From Hydrurus foetidus (taxonomy: Eukaryota): a DNA stretch of 64,000 bases. Shown in pieces: positions 29,634 to 38,353 of this stretch (within the stretch, counting starts at the first letter, position 1; the number at the start of each line of letters is the position of its first letter). The notes beneath the pieces were generated by a model, which saw only the letters and a list, made by a program, of their open reading frames with translations, was not told where the DNA came from and did no database searches. A program made the translations under genes and the position numbers. The stretch is from positions 3,472,001 through 3,536,000 of the forward strand of contig UYFQ01000001.1 in NCBI GenBank assembly GCA_900617105.1. Reading direction: 5' to 3'.

Positions 29634-31793
29634 TTAAAGTTTGGCCAACTCGGCTCTGACATCATCCACTGACAAAATCTCGCTCAACACCACTGGCGCG
29701 CGACCAGGCTTGTAAATCACGTACACCGGCACACCACTGCGGCCTAGTTGGGTCAAAGCGGCGGTCACGGCTGGGTCGCGGCGCGTCCAGTCGGCGCGCA
29801 GCAACACGACTTTTTTAGCAGCCATGTCAGCCAACACGTCAGGGTGACTCAGCGTGGTTTTCTTGTTGTACTGGCAGGTCACGCACCAGGCGGCGGTGAA
29901 GTCAACAAACACGCTTTGGCCGGTAGCCGTTAGCTGGTCGACGCGGCCTGGCTCCCAGGCTTGCCAGCCGGTACTCAACGAAGCTTGTGCAACATTACCT
30001 TCTTGTATTTTAGTAATTTTTTGGCCTGTAGACCATATAAATGCGGCGCAAGCAGCTATTGAAAGCGTAGCAATCACAGTGCGCGCACGCCCCTTCAATG
30101 TCAGCGCCCAAATGCTCAACGCCATCAACACCAGCACGCCCAGCAGCGCGCCCGCGCCATCGATACCGCTCTGCTGGCCCAGCACCCACACCAGCCAGGC
30201 AACGGTGGCAAACATGGGGAAGGCCATCAACTGTTTAAACGTAACCATCCACGCGCCCGGGCGCGGCAGGGCGCGCGCAATGGCTGGTACGGCGCTGGCC
30301 GCCAAATAAGGCAACGCCATGCCCAAACCAATGGCAGCGAAAACAGCCAGGGCTTGCACGGCGGGCAAACCCAAGGCATAGCCCAGCGACGCGCCCATGA
30401 AAGGCGCGGTGCACGGCGATGCAATAGCCGTGGCCAGCACGCCAGACAAAAACGAATCAATCGTCGGGTTTTTGGCCTGCAAGCTGGCCACGCGGCTGGG
30501 TAAAAAGCTGCCAAATTCAAATAAGCCCGCCAGGTTCAACCCCAGCAGCGTGAACAACACGGCCAGCCCAGCCACCACGGCCGGGCTTTGCAATTGAAAG
30601 CCCCAGCCCAGTTGTTCACCCGCCGCGCGCAGGCCCAGCAACAGCGCGCCGAGTGCTAAAAACGACAGCGTGACACCGGCTGTGTAAGCCAGCCCGGTGG
30701 CCACGCGGGTGCGCTGGTCTTTAACGTTCACAAAGCTCACCACCTTGATGGCCAGCACGGGAAACACGCAGGGCATCAAATTCAAAATCATGCCGCCAAT
30801 CAGTGCGCCCAACAACGCCAGCCAAAAAGTCATGGGGGCTGCAGTGCTTTGAATCGGTGCCGCGCCACTGGTGGCGTTGGCTTTGAGCGCGGCTTCAAGC
30901 GCGGGCGGCACCTGCGCGGCAGCAGCGACTTTTGGCCACTCGCCTTTGACCGGGGCTTCAATCCGGTAAGCAGTTTTATCCAGCGCCACCACTACCGGCA
31001 TGACCGCAGGGCTTTCGGTGCGCTGGCCAGACAACGGGATTTGCGCCTTCCATACATTGCCTTGCCAGGCTTGCGTCCACTGCGCTGCGGGTTCAATCAC
31101 GCTGCCGGTTTCAGGGAAAAACGCCAGCGTTTTGCCGGTCAATGCGGCGGGCAGCCCTGCTAATGAGACTTTGATCGTGTTGCCAGCCACCTCAACCTGG
31201 CTTGCATCCGGTTTGAGTGATTTGGGCGACGCGTCAAACGCCGCCTGAAACGCTGCGCCTTGCAGCGCAGTGGTGCTTTTGACCGGCAGGCTCAACGCAA
31301 AGTCACCCTCTTGCGGAATGCATTCTTTTTTGCACACCAGCCACGCTGCTTTGAGCTTGATGTCTAGCTGAGTGCCGTTAAAACCGGGCGCCACTGTCAA
31401 AGGTACAGGCAGCAGCACTGTGCCCTCATAGCCGTAGTTGGCCAACGTGCCAATCGGGATTTTTTTAGGCGTCGGCCACGCAATTTCACCAGGGTCAATA
31501 CCTGCAGGCAGCTTGAAGTCCAGCACAGTGGGCAGGCCAGAATCGCCCGCATTTTTCCAGTAGGTGTGCCACTCGGGCTGGTGCGCGATTTGCAAACCCA
31601 CCCACAGCTGCTTGCCCGGGCCCACACCGTCAGGAGCAAAAGCCATGAGCTCGGCGCGCACCTGATCGGTCGTGACCACGCTGCTGGCAGCCTTGCCAGA
31701 CAGGTTTGAGGGATTAATTTGGGCTGTAGCCCAATGAATATAGGCGCAAGCAGCTACTATAAAAATAGCGTTTCGGATAGATCGGAAATTCAT
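29634..31793 (-). CDS. dsbD: Thiol:disulfide interchange protein, DsbD family
   Basis: WHTYWKNAGDSG N-domain, LNLMPCVFPVL and ASPCTAPFM membrane domain, FVDFTAAWCVTCQ thioredoxin domain. Start set at ATG 31793. Confidence 0.88.
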   Translation of the reverse strand: MNFRSIRNAIFIVAACAYIHWATAQINPSNLSGKAASSVVTTDQVRAELMAFAPDGVGPGKQLWVGLQIAHQPEWHTYWKNAGDSGLPTVLDFKLPAGIDPGEIAWPTPKKIPIGTLANYGYEGTVLLPVPLTVAPGFNGTQLDIKLKAAWLVCKKECIPQEGDFALSLPVKSTTALQGAAFQAAFDASPKSLKPDASQVEVAGNTIKVSLAGLPAALTGKTLAFFPETGSVIEPAAQWTQAWQGNVWKAQIPLSGQRTESPAVMPVVVALDKTAYRIEAPVKGEWPKVAAAAQVPPALEAALKANATSGAAPIQSTAAPMTFWLALLGALIGGMILNLMPCVFPVLAIKVVSFVNVKDQRTRVATGLAYTAGVTLSFLALGALLLGLRAAGEQLGWGFQLQSPAVVAGLAVLFTLLGLNLAGLFEFGSFLPSRVASLQAKNPTIDSFLSGVLATAIASPCTAPFMGASLGYALGLPAVQALAVFAAIGLGMALPYLAASAVPAIARALPRPGAWMVTFKQLMAFPMFATVAWLVWVLGQQSGIDGAGALLGVLVLMALSIWALTLKGRARTVIATLSIAACAAFIWSTGQKITKIQEGNVAQASLSTGWQAWEPGRVDQLTATGQSVFVDFTAAWCVTCQYNKKTTLSHPDVLADMAAKKVVLLRADWTRRDPAVTAALTQLGRSGVPVYVIYKPGRAPVVLSEILSVDDVRAELAKL
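30021..30071 (-). repeat. Family A repeat, in frame in the last membrane helix of the DsbD-like protein
   Basis: TTGGCCTGTAGACCATATAAATGCGGCGCAAGCAGCTATTGAAAGCGTAGC, read as ATLSIAACAAFIWSTGQ. Confidence 0.78.
31721..31769 (-). repeat. Family A repeat, in frame in the DsbD signal peptide
   Basis: GGGCTGTAGCCCAATGAATATAGGCGCAAGCAGCTACTATAAAAATAGC, read as AIFIVAACAYIHWATA. Confidence 0.87.
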
Positions 31794-31892
31794 AGAGGTA
31801 TGTCTGAGGAGGAGCGAGAGCAATAGTTCCAGCGAGGCTGCTCAATTGGTCGATTCAGAAGATGACTTATTACAAACTCCGATAATAAGATC

Positions 31893-33494
31893 ATGCCCCG
31901 CCCGCCATGTTCCATCGTTTTAGCCACCCTGAATGCCAAGTACATTCATGCGTCGCTGGGGCTGCGCTACCTGCTGGCCAATATGGACGTGCATGGCGGG
32001 CCGGGCCTAAAAAGCCAAACCCAGTTGCGAGAGTTCGTCATTGCGCAGCGGCCGTTGCAGATTGTCGAAGAGCTGCTGGCCATAGGGCCCAAGGTGATTG
32101 GCTTTGGGGTGTACATCTGGAACGTGGTCGAAACTACGCAGGTAGTGGCTTTGCTTAAAGCGTTGCGGCCAGATATCAAAATCATTTTGGGCGGGCCAGA
32201 AGTCAGTTTTGAAATTGACAGCCAGGAGATTTGCCGCCTGGCCGACCACGTGATCACAGGTTGGGGCGATGTGAGCTTTCCCAAACTCTGCCGGGCGTTA
32301 CTTGATGGCCCCAAGCCTTTGATGAAGGTTATTGCGGGCGAGCAACCTGCGTTGGATGCGATTGCGCTGCCGTACAACGAATACACAGCTGATGACTTGG
32401 CCAATCGGCTGCTGTATGTCGAGGCATCTCGTGGCTGCCCTTTTAAGTGCGAATTTTGTTTAAGCTCGCTGGATAAAACCGCTTGGGCTTTTGATCTGGA
32501 TGTGTTCATGGCTGAGCTGGATGCATTGCATCAGCGCGGGGCGCGCAACTTCAAGTTTGTGGATCGTACGTTCAATCTGAAAGTCGACTTTTCAGTGCGA
32601 ATTTTGCAGTTTTTCTTGGACAGACTAACCCCGAACCTGTTCATCCATTTTGAAGTGGTTCCCGACAGCCTGCATGACAAACTGAAAGCGCTGATTGCGC
32701 AGTTCCCCGCTGGTTCGCTGCAATTTGAAGTGGGTATTCAAAGCTTTAACCCCGACGTGCAGCAACGCATTTCACGCAGGCAAGACAACATCAAGACTGC
32801 TGACAACCTGCGCTGGCTGGTGACGCAAAGCCAAGCGCACGTACATGCTGATTTGATTTTTGGCCTGCCCGGTGAAACGCTGGAAAGTTTTGCAAACGGC
32901 TTTGACAAGCTGTATGACTTGGCCCCGCATGAGATTCAATTCGGCATTTTGAAGCGCCTGCGCGGCACACCGATTACACGGCACACGGTGGACTGCGCCA
33001 TGGTGTACGAGCCGCAAACGCCGTACACGATTTTGCAAAACTCCACCGTTGATTTTGTGCAGATGCAGCGCATAAAACGCTTCGCGCGGTACTGGGACAT
33101 GGTGGCCAATTCAGGCCGTTTTAGTGCGGCGTTAAAGCTGCTGTTGCAGCCCGACTCGGCCTTTAATCACTTTTTAAACTTCAGCGACTGGCTGTGGCAA
33201 ACGACCAGCAAAACGCATGAGTTTGCGCATGAGAAGCTGGTGGACTTGATGTATGAGCACTTGGTCAGCGTGCGCGGCCTGAACTTTGAGACTGTACAAA
33301 CGGCGCTGCTGGCCGATTACACAGCCAGCGGTGCGCGAAGCAGGCCGCACTGCCTGGCGCAGCTGCTAAATGCACAGCAGGCTGCAACCCTGAAGACGCC
33401 GAAAACTTTGGACAAACACCTTGATAAACACCTCGCTCAACGCCAGGCCCGGCACCAGTCAAGCAAAGTTGATGCGTTAAAACTCGAAGCCTAA
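31893..33494 (+). CDS. B12-binding radical SAM protein
   Basis: LNAKYIHASLGLRYL, IGFGVYIWN, ILGGPEVS, YVEASRGCPFKCEFCLSS (CxxxCxxC). Confidence 0.9.
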   Translation: MPRPPCSIVLATLNAKYIHASLGLRYLLANMDVHGGPGLKSQTQLREFVIAQRPLQIVEELLAIGPKVIGFGVYIWNVVETTQVVALLKALRPDIKIILGGPEVSFEIDSQEICRLADHVITGWGDVSFPKLCRALLDGPKPLMKVIAGEQPALDAIALPYNEYTADDLANRLLYVEASRGCPFKCEFCLSSLDKTAWAFDLDVFMAELDALHQRGARNFKFVDRTFNLKVDFSVRILQFFLDRLTPNLFIHFEVVPDSLHDKLKALIAQFPAGSLQFEVGIQSFNPDVQQRISRRQDNIKTADNLRWLVTQSQAHVHADLIFGLPGETLESFANGFDKLYDLAPHEIQFGILKRLRGTPITRHTVDCAMVYEPQTPYTILQNSTVDFVQMQRIKRFARYWDMVANSGRFSAALKLLLQPDSAFNHFLNFSDWLWQTTSKTHEFAHEKLVDLMYEHLVSVRGLNFETVQTALLADYTASGARSRPHCLAQLLNAQQAATLKTPKTLDKHLDKHLAQRQARHQSSKVDALKLEA

Positions 33495-35102
33495 TTGAGG
33501 CGTTTCAAGCGCGGGGTCCAACGACTTTCGCACTTTCACAGCGCTCTTGCGAGGCCGCACCATTTCACGATTCGGGCTGCGCGAGCCATGCTTTTCAAAG
33601 ACCCGAGCGGCTTCAACCTTCACGGCTTTCTCTGCTTTCTTGCCGTAGATTTTTTCCTTGGCTGCCCACGTTGCAGCCTTCAGCTCAACCACCGGCGCAG
33701 GGTAGTCGGCAGGCGGTGCCGCCATCAAATAAGGCTCGTGAATAAATTCGGGCGCAACCACTGCGATGTTTGCCAGCTCCGGCACCCACTGGCGAATAAA
33801 CGTGCCAGTCGGGTCCTGGTCGTGGCTTTGTTTGGTGGGGCTGTAAATCCGAATCGTGTTGATGCCCGTCACGCCCGACTGCATCTGGCACTGGCTCCAG
33901 TGAATGCCGGGCTCGTAGTCAGTGAACTGCTGCGCCAGGTGCGTGCCCAAATGCCGCCAGTGCAGCCACAGCTGGTACGCACCAAAGCTGACCAACATCG
34001 CCCGCATTCTAAAGTTGATCCAGCCCGTCGCATTCAAGCTGCGCATACAGGCGTCGATGAAGGGGTAGCCGGTGCGGCCTTCACACCACGCCGCCAAGCG
34101 TGCGTTTTCCTCGTCAGTTAACTCGCCCTCATTACGCAAGTGGTCAAAACCACGGTTCACATTGCGCAGCTCAATGGCGGGCTCCGATTCGAGCTTTTGA
34201 ATAAAGTGGCAGTGCCAGTGCAAGCGACTTTCAAAACTTTTGAGGGATGCTAAAAAGCCATCGGGTCGATCGCCCGCAGGCATCGCTTGCAGCGCGGCCC
34301 GGCGCTGGGCGGTCGCGTGCACACATTCGCGAATGCTCAGCGTGCCCCAAGCCAGTTGCGCTGAAATGCGCGAGCAACTTTCAGGCGCCGTTACGGGGCT
34401 GGACATGTCAAAGCGATACGTGCGGCCGCGCTCGTTTAGAAAAGTGTGCAGCTCAGCAAGAGCTAATGAGCGGCCGCCGCGTTTGCGATTGGGCTTGTCC
34501 GCGCTGGGCATGTGCAAATCAGACGCCGTCATTTCGCCGCAAGTTTTTAAACCCTCTAGCGCCGGTGCCGCCACCCAGCTGACTCGCTCGGGCGTAGGCA
34601 GCACTTCGCTTTGCAAGCGCTTTAAGCGGTGCTGCGTCCAGCGGTTGCGCCCACCGCCGTGGGACAGCAAGCGGCGCACCACGCCGTTGCTGGGGAACTC
34701 GCGCCACTCAACGTTGCTGGCTTTGCACCAGTCGGCCACCGCCAAGTCGCGTGCGTAGCTCCACGAGTTACCAGTTTCTTCCGTGCTCACCAGCGTGAAA
34801 GCGCCCAGCTCAGCGTGCAGCGCGGCAAGCACGTCGAGCACGTCGCCGTGCATGCGGCAAAGCCGGGCTTTTTCAAGGCTGTCTTGCCTGATCCAAGCAT
34901 CCAGATCGGCTAAACACTCGTTGGCAAAGCCCGCGTGTTGCGCCGCCACATCGCTTTGCTGCCACATCGCAGGTTCGTACACCCACAGCGGCAGCACTGC
35001 GCCGCCGCACTCAGCGGCCCAAGCCGCTGCGTTGCTGAGTGCTGCTTGGTCGTGCCAGCGCAGATCTTTTTTAAACCAGACAACGAAAAGCGGGAAATCC
35101 AT
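33477..35102 (-). CDS. Cryptochrome/DNA photolyase family protein
   Basis: VVWFKKDLRWHD, SRLHWHCHFIQKLE, WCEGRTGYPFIDACMRSL..TGWINFRMRAML, DYEPGIHW. Confidence 0.93.
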   Translation of the reverse strand: MDFPLFVVWFKKDLRWHDQAALSNAAAWAAECGGAVLPLWVYEPAMWQQSDVAAQHAGFANECLADLDAWIRQDSLEKARLCRMHGDVLDVLAALHAELGAFTLVSTEETGNSWSYARDLAVADWCKASNVEWREFPSNGVVRRLLSHGGGRNRWTQHRLKRLQSEVLPTPERVSWVAAPALEGLKTCGEMTASDLHMPSADKPNRKRGGRSLALAELHTFLNERGRTYRFDMSSPVTAPESCSRISAQLAWGTLSIRECVHATAQRRAALQAMPAGDRPDGFLASLKSFESRLHWHCHFIQKLESEPAIELRNVNRGFDHLRNEGELTDEENARLAAWCEGRTGYPFIDACMRSLNATGWINFRMRAMLVSFGAYQLWLHWRHLGTHLAQQFTDYEPGIHWSQCQMQSGVTGINTIRIYSPTKQSHDQDPTGTFIRQWVPELANIAVVAPEFIHEPYLMAAPPADYPAPVVELKAATWAAKEKIYGKKAEKAVKVEAARVFEKHGSRSPNREMVRPRKSAVKVRKSLDPALETPQLGFEF

Positions 35103-35141
35103 GCCCCAAATTTTAGTGGCGGGTGGGCAACCTTGCCAGGC

Positions 35142-35906
35142 CTAGGAGTAAGTTATCCAGTCGGCGAACTCAGGTGTATTCAAGTGCGGCAACGTGTTGT
35201 AAGTCACCAGCATATGGCGCTTGGGGTTAAAGGCAAATTCAGTGACCGACGAATTGCGAATCCGCAGGTTGAGCTCAATCGTTGCCTCGGGCGGGCAGCC
35301 CAGTATGTGGCCGACCGCCGTGGCGATTGGCCCGCCGCTGGACACCAGCAGCACATTGCCCGTGCAATTGGCGCGAACATGGTCTAGCGCGCTGGTTACG
35401 CCTTGTAAAAACGCCGCGTAAGTCGGCATGCCTACGGGGTGGGCGGTGCCATCCATCCACTTTTGCAAGCCGTCTTTTAGCAATCTGAAGTGGTGACGAT
35501 ACATTTCAGGCGTGGTGGGCTTTTCAAGCTTGCCTGCATGCACCGTGGCAATCACCGCGTGGCTGTCGTACTCGTTCAAGCCCGGCCAAAGAGTACAAGC
35601 CCCCACGCTTGTCACTGCGTGTACTTCGCTGCCCCCCGAGGGGGCTGAACTTGCTAGGGGCGGCCCGTCGCTGCGTTCGGCCGCGCTCACCTGCGGCGTT
35701 TTAGCATTCATGCCTTCACAAATGCCCTCGTAAGTGCTGATTTGCCGCTGCAAAGTACCCGTCAGCGCCGCATTAAACGTGACGCCAACTGTTTTGAAAT
35801 GCTCGCCCAGCCGCTTGGCCTGCTGATGGCCCAGCGGGCTGAGCACGTCGTAGTTGTCCGCACCAAAAGAGGCTTGGCCGTGGCGCACGAGGTATAGATT
35901 TCCCAT
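35142..35906 (-). CDS. Histidine phosphatase (phosphoglycerate mutase family) with a repeat-derived insertion
   Basis: LYLVRHGQASFG RHG motif; LNEYD; VSSGGPI. Confidence 0.88.
   Translation of the reverse strand: MGNLYLVRHGQASFGADNYDVLSPLGHQQAKRLGEHFKTVGVTFNAALTGTLQRQISTYEGICEGMNAKTPQVSAAERSDGPPLASSAPSGGSEVHAVTSVGACTLWPGLNEYDSHAVIATVHAGKLEKPTTPEMYRHHFRLLKDGLQKWMDGTAHPVGMPTYAAFLQGVTSALDHVRANCTGNVLLVSSGGPIATAVGHILGCPPEATIELNLRIRNSSVTEFAFNPKRHMLVTYNTLPHLNTPEFADWITYS
35600..35675. repeat. Palindromic repeat, family B, in frame inside the histidine phosphatase
   Basis: GCCCCCACGCTTGTCACTGCGTGTACTTCGCTGCCCCCCGAGGGGGCTGAACTTGCTAGGGGCGGCCCGTCGCTGCG, with a GCCCCC-CGA-GGGGGC hairpin; read as SDGPPLASSAPSGGSEVHAVTSVGA. 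Confidence 0.65.
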
Positions 35907-35982
35907 TGGCTGATTGTGGCGTGGGCTATGGCTAAAGTGTGTCGCTTGCGTGGCAAACGGCTGATTTTAGGAGCTTTTTAAT

Positions 35983-36030
35983 GCCACAGCCTAATGAATA
36001 TGGGCGCGAGCAGCTCCTTAATAAATAGCA
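35983..36030 (-). repeat. Family A repeat (intergenic)
   Basis: ACAGCCTAATGAATATGGGCGCGAGCAGCTCCTTAATAAATAGCA. Confidence 0.82.
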
Positions 36031-36041
36031 AATTTAATTAT

Positions 36042-36069
36042 CTGCCTGCCTGCCTGCCTGCCTGCCTGC
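36042..36069 (+). repeat. (CTGC)x7 tetranucleotide microsatellite
   Basis: CTGCCTGCCTGCCTGCCTGCCTGCCTGC seen directly. Confidence 0.9.
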
Positions 36070-36120
36070 GCCTTCTGCCACGCTATGCGTGTCGGCTTTA
36101 GTGTCTTGGAGCGTCAGCAT

Positions 36121-36807
36121 TCATAGCCCTTTGGATTCAAGCGTGACGACGCCACGCGGGGTTTGCAGGGTAGCGATCAAATTAGGTTGGCCTTGCACTA
36201 CTTTGACACCGTGTAAATCGATGGCGGCGTAGGCGGCGCGGAGTTCATCGGTATTTGGCTGGATTGCGGTTAACGATTGCAGCGTAACGCCAGAAGCAGC
36301 CATGTTTTGTGTGGGGTGAACGTTGCCCCATTCAATCAGCGTGGGCAGCGTGCCGTGCATCAAGCGTTGGCCATCGGCGCGGACGGTGATCTTCCATTGC
36401 AGCAAGCCGTTGGGTGTCATGCGCGAGGCGGCCATCAACTCGCCTCGGTCAATGCCGAGCCTTGCCAGCGCTTGTACGGCAGGCGCAGCGTGCGGGATGC
36501 TGGCAACAAAGTGAATCAGTTGCGGGCCGTTTTGCTTCAAACCTCTCCGTAAAGCCTCATTTTCAAGGTCAAACCAGCGTTTCGACGAATAAATACGAGC
36601 GCCAGCAGCTCCTTGATTAATAGCAATAACTTCGAAATAAGCATTCGGATGCTGCGCTGTAGCAATCGAAAAAAGCCGGTTGTGTGTGCCCATCAGCGGG
36701 TGCTCGCCACCCGGGCCGGGGGTGATGCCCAGTGCACGTTCGCACCAAGCCACGCCTTCTTCGAGTTTGGTGGCGGCAACGACTAAATGATCGACTTGCG
36801 CTGTCAC
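36121..36807 (-). CDS. VOC/glyoxalase-like family protein
   Basis: VDHLVVAA..LEEGV...GPGGEHPLMGTHNRL...YFEVIAI...LPTLIEWG; GTG start overlapping the PhzF stop (GTGA). Confidence 0.82.
   Translation of the reverse strand: MTAQVDHLVVAATKLEEGVAWCERALGITPGPGGEHPLMGTHNRLFSIATAQHPNAYFEVIAINQGAAGARIYSSKRWFDLENEALRRGLKQNGPQLIHFVASIPHAAPAVQALARLGIDRGELMAASRMTPNGLLQWKITVRADGQRLMHGTLPTLIEWGNVHPTQNMAASGVTLQSLTAIQPNTDELRAAYAAIDLHGVKVVQGQPNLIATLQTPRGVVTLESKGL
36575..36624 (-). repeat. Family A repeat (degenerate), in frame in the VOC protein
   Basis: GAATAAATACGAGCGCCAGCAGCTCCTTGATTAATAGC, read as AINQGAAGARIYS. Confidence 0.72.
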
Positions 36808-37715
36808 AGCGTTACAGTGCCATCGATGCAAGTCACCGATTGGCCGCCCACCCAAACTTGGCGCTCAGCGTCACATTGCAAATCGACCTGCCCAGCGCGG
36901 CCCATGCACACGCCTTGCGAAGCGGTGTAGCGCTCGGGCATCAGCTCATCAGCCATCAGCCACTGCGCCAAGCTGGCGTTAAGGCTGCCGGTTACCGGGT
37001 CTTCATTGATGCCTATGCAAGCTGCAAACGCGCGGACTTCTAGACCTGGGGCCGCGCTTGATTCGCTTTGCGTGAAGGCTTTGGCTTCGCGGTTGGCTCT
37101 TGCAATCAAGGGTGATGCGGGCGTTGCATAAATACCAGCTACACCTACTTTAATGTTGAGTCGCACCAACTCGTTGTGGTTGGGTGCCAGTTGCAAAACA
37201 GTCTCAGGCGAGTCGAGCAGCAAGCCAAGCCACACCGGCCCGTTGTCCAGCAGTTGTGCGGTGGAGATCTGCACGGCCTTGATGCCCAGCGCCACCGCGA
37301 CTTGCGCCAGCAGGGCGGGGGGCGGTGCAGATCGATTCAACGCCGGCGCTGCAAACGCCAGTCGCTTGCTACCGGCGTCGCGGCGAATGTTGATCAAGCC
37401 TTTGGCGCACTCCTGCACGATGAATTCTTTGGTTTTCGACTGACCACCTGCCTCCAGCCAGGCATGGCAACTGCCCAGCGTGGGATGCCCTGCAAACGGC
37501 AACTCGCCGCGTGGCGTGAAGATGCGCACGCGGTAGTCCGCTTTGTCGTGCGTGGGTGGCAATACAAACGTCGTTTCTGACAGATTGGTCCACCGGGCAA
37601 AGCGTTGCATGGCTGAATCATCCAGTCCGCTGCCGTCAAGCACCACGGCGAGCGGGTTGCCGAAGTACGGCGTTGCGGTGAAAACGTCGATTTGTTTGTA
37701 GGGGCGTTGTTGCAT
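36804..37715 (-). CDS. PhzF-family isomerase/epimerase
   Basis: QIDVFTATPYFGNPLAVV, WTNLSETTF, RIFTP.GELPFAGHPTLG, EDPVTGS. Confidence 0.93.
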   Translation of the reverse strand: MQQRPYKQIDVFTATPYFGNPLAVVLDGSGLDDSAMQRFARWTNLSETTFVLPPTHDKADYRVRIFTPRGELPFAGHPTLGSCHAWLEAGGQSKTKEFIVQECAKGLINIRRDAGSKRLAFAAPALNRSAPPPALLAQVAVALGIKAVQISTAQLLDNGPVWLGLLLDSPETVLQLAPNHNELVRLNIKVGVAGIYATPASPLIARANREAKAFTQSESSAAPGLEVRAFAACIGINEDPVTGSLNASLAQWLMADELMPERYTASQGVCMGRAGQVDLQCDAERQVWVGGQSVTCIDGTVTL

Positions 37716-37724
37716 GTCAATCCT

Positions 37725-38351
37725 TTAAACAAGTGCCAGATCCAACACACCTTTGGCAGCGGGCCGGGCAAAAAGCAATGCAAACCAGCGCTCAATGTTT
37801 GGGCGCGGCTCGCGCGATTGCGGCAGGCCGAACCAGCGCTGTACTTCGCAGCCCAGGGGAATATCAGCCATCGTGAAGCGCTCTCCCACTATGAAGCTGC
37901 GTGTGGCCAAGTGGGCATCCAGCATCGCCATCAACAGCTCAACAGCAGCGTTCGACTGCACAACAAGCGCTGGGTCGCGCTGATCAGCGGGCAGCCGAAC
38001 CAAATGCCAAAAGCCATTGCGGCTGGCCGGGTTAACGGTGGTTTGCTGCCATTCCATCCAGCGTTCGGCGTCAAAGCGCTCTTGCAAATCGGCGGGATAC
38101 AAGTTACCCGTTGAATGCTTGGCACACAAATAGCGCGTGATCACATTTGATTCCCACAGCACGTACTGGTCATCCTGCAGCACAGGTATTTGCGAGTTTG
38201 GATTCATCGCAACGTACTCGGGTGTCTTCACCACGCCATGCACACCACCCGCCTCAATGCGCTCAAAATCGAGGCCCAGCTCTTGCGCTGTCCACACGGC
38301 TTTTTTGACGTTGATGGAACTCATGCGGCCCCAGATTTTGAGTTGGCTCAT
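37725..38351 (-). CDS. Glutathione S-transferase
   Basis: IWGRMSSINVKK, MNPNSQIPVL, LWESNVITRYL, FTMADIPLG. Confidence 0.92.
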   Translation of the reverse strand: MSQLKIWGRMSSINVKKAVWTAQELGLDFERIEAGGVHGVVKTPEYVAMNPNSQIPVLQDDQYVLWESNVITRYLCAKHSTGNLYPADLQERFDAERWMEWQQTTVNPASRNGFWHLVRLPADQRDPALVVQSNAAVELLMAMLDAHLATRSFIVGERFTMADIPLGCEVQRWFGLPQSREPRPNIERWFALLFARPAAKGVLDLALV

Positions 38352-38353
38352 TT

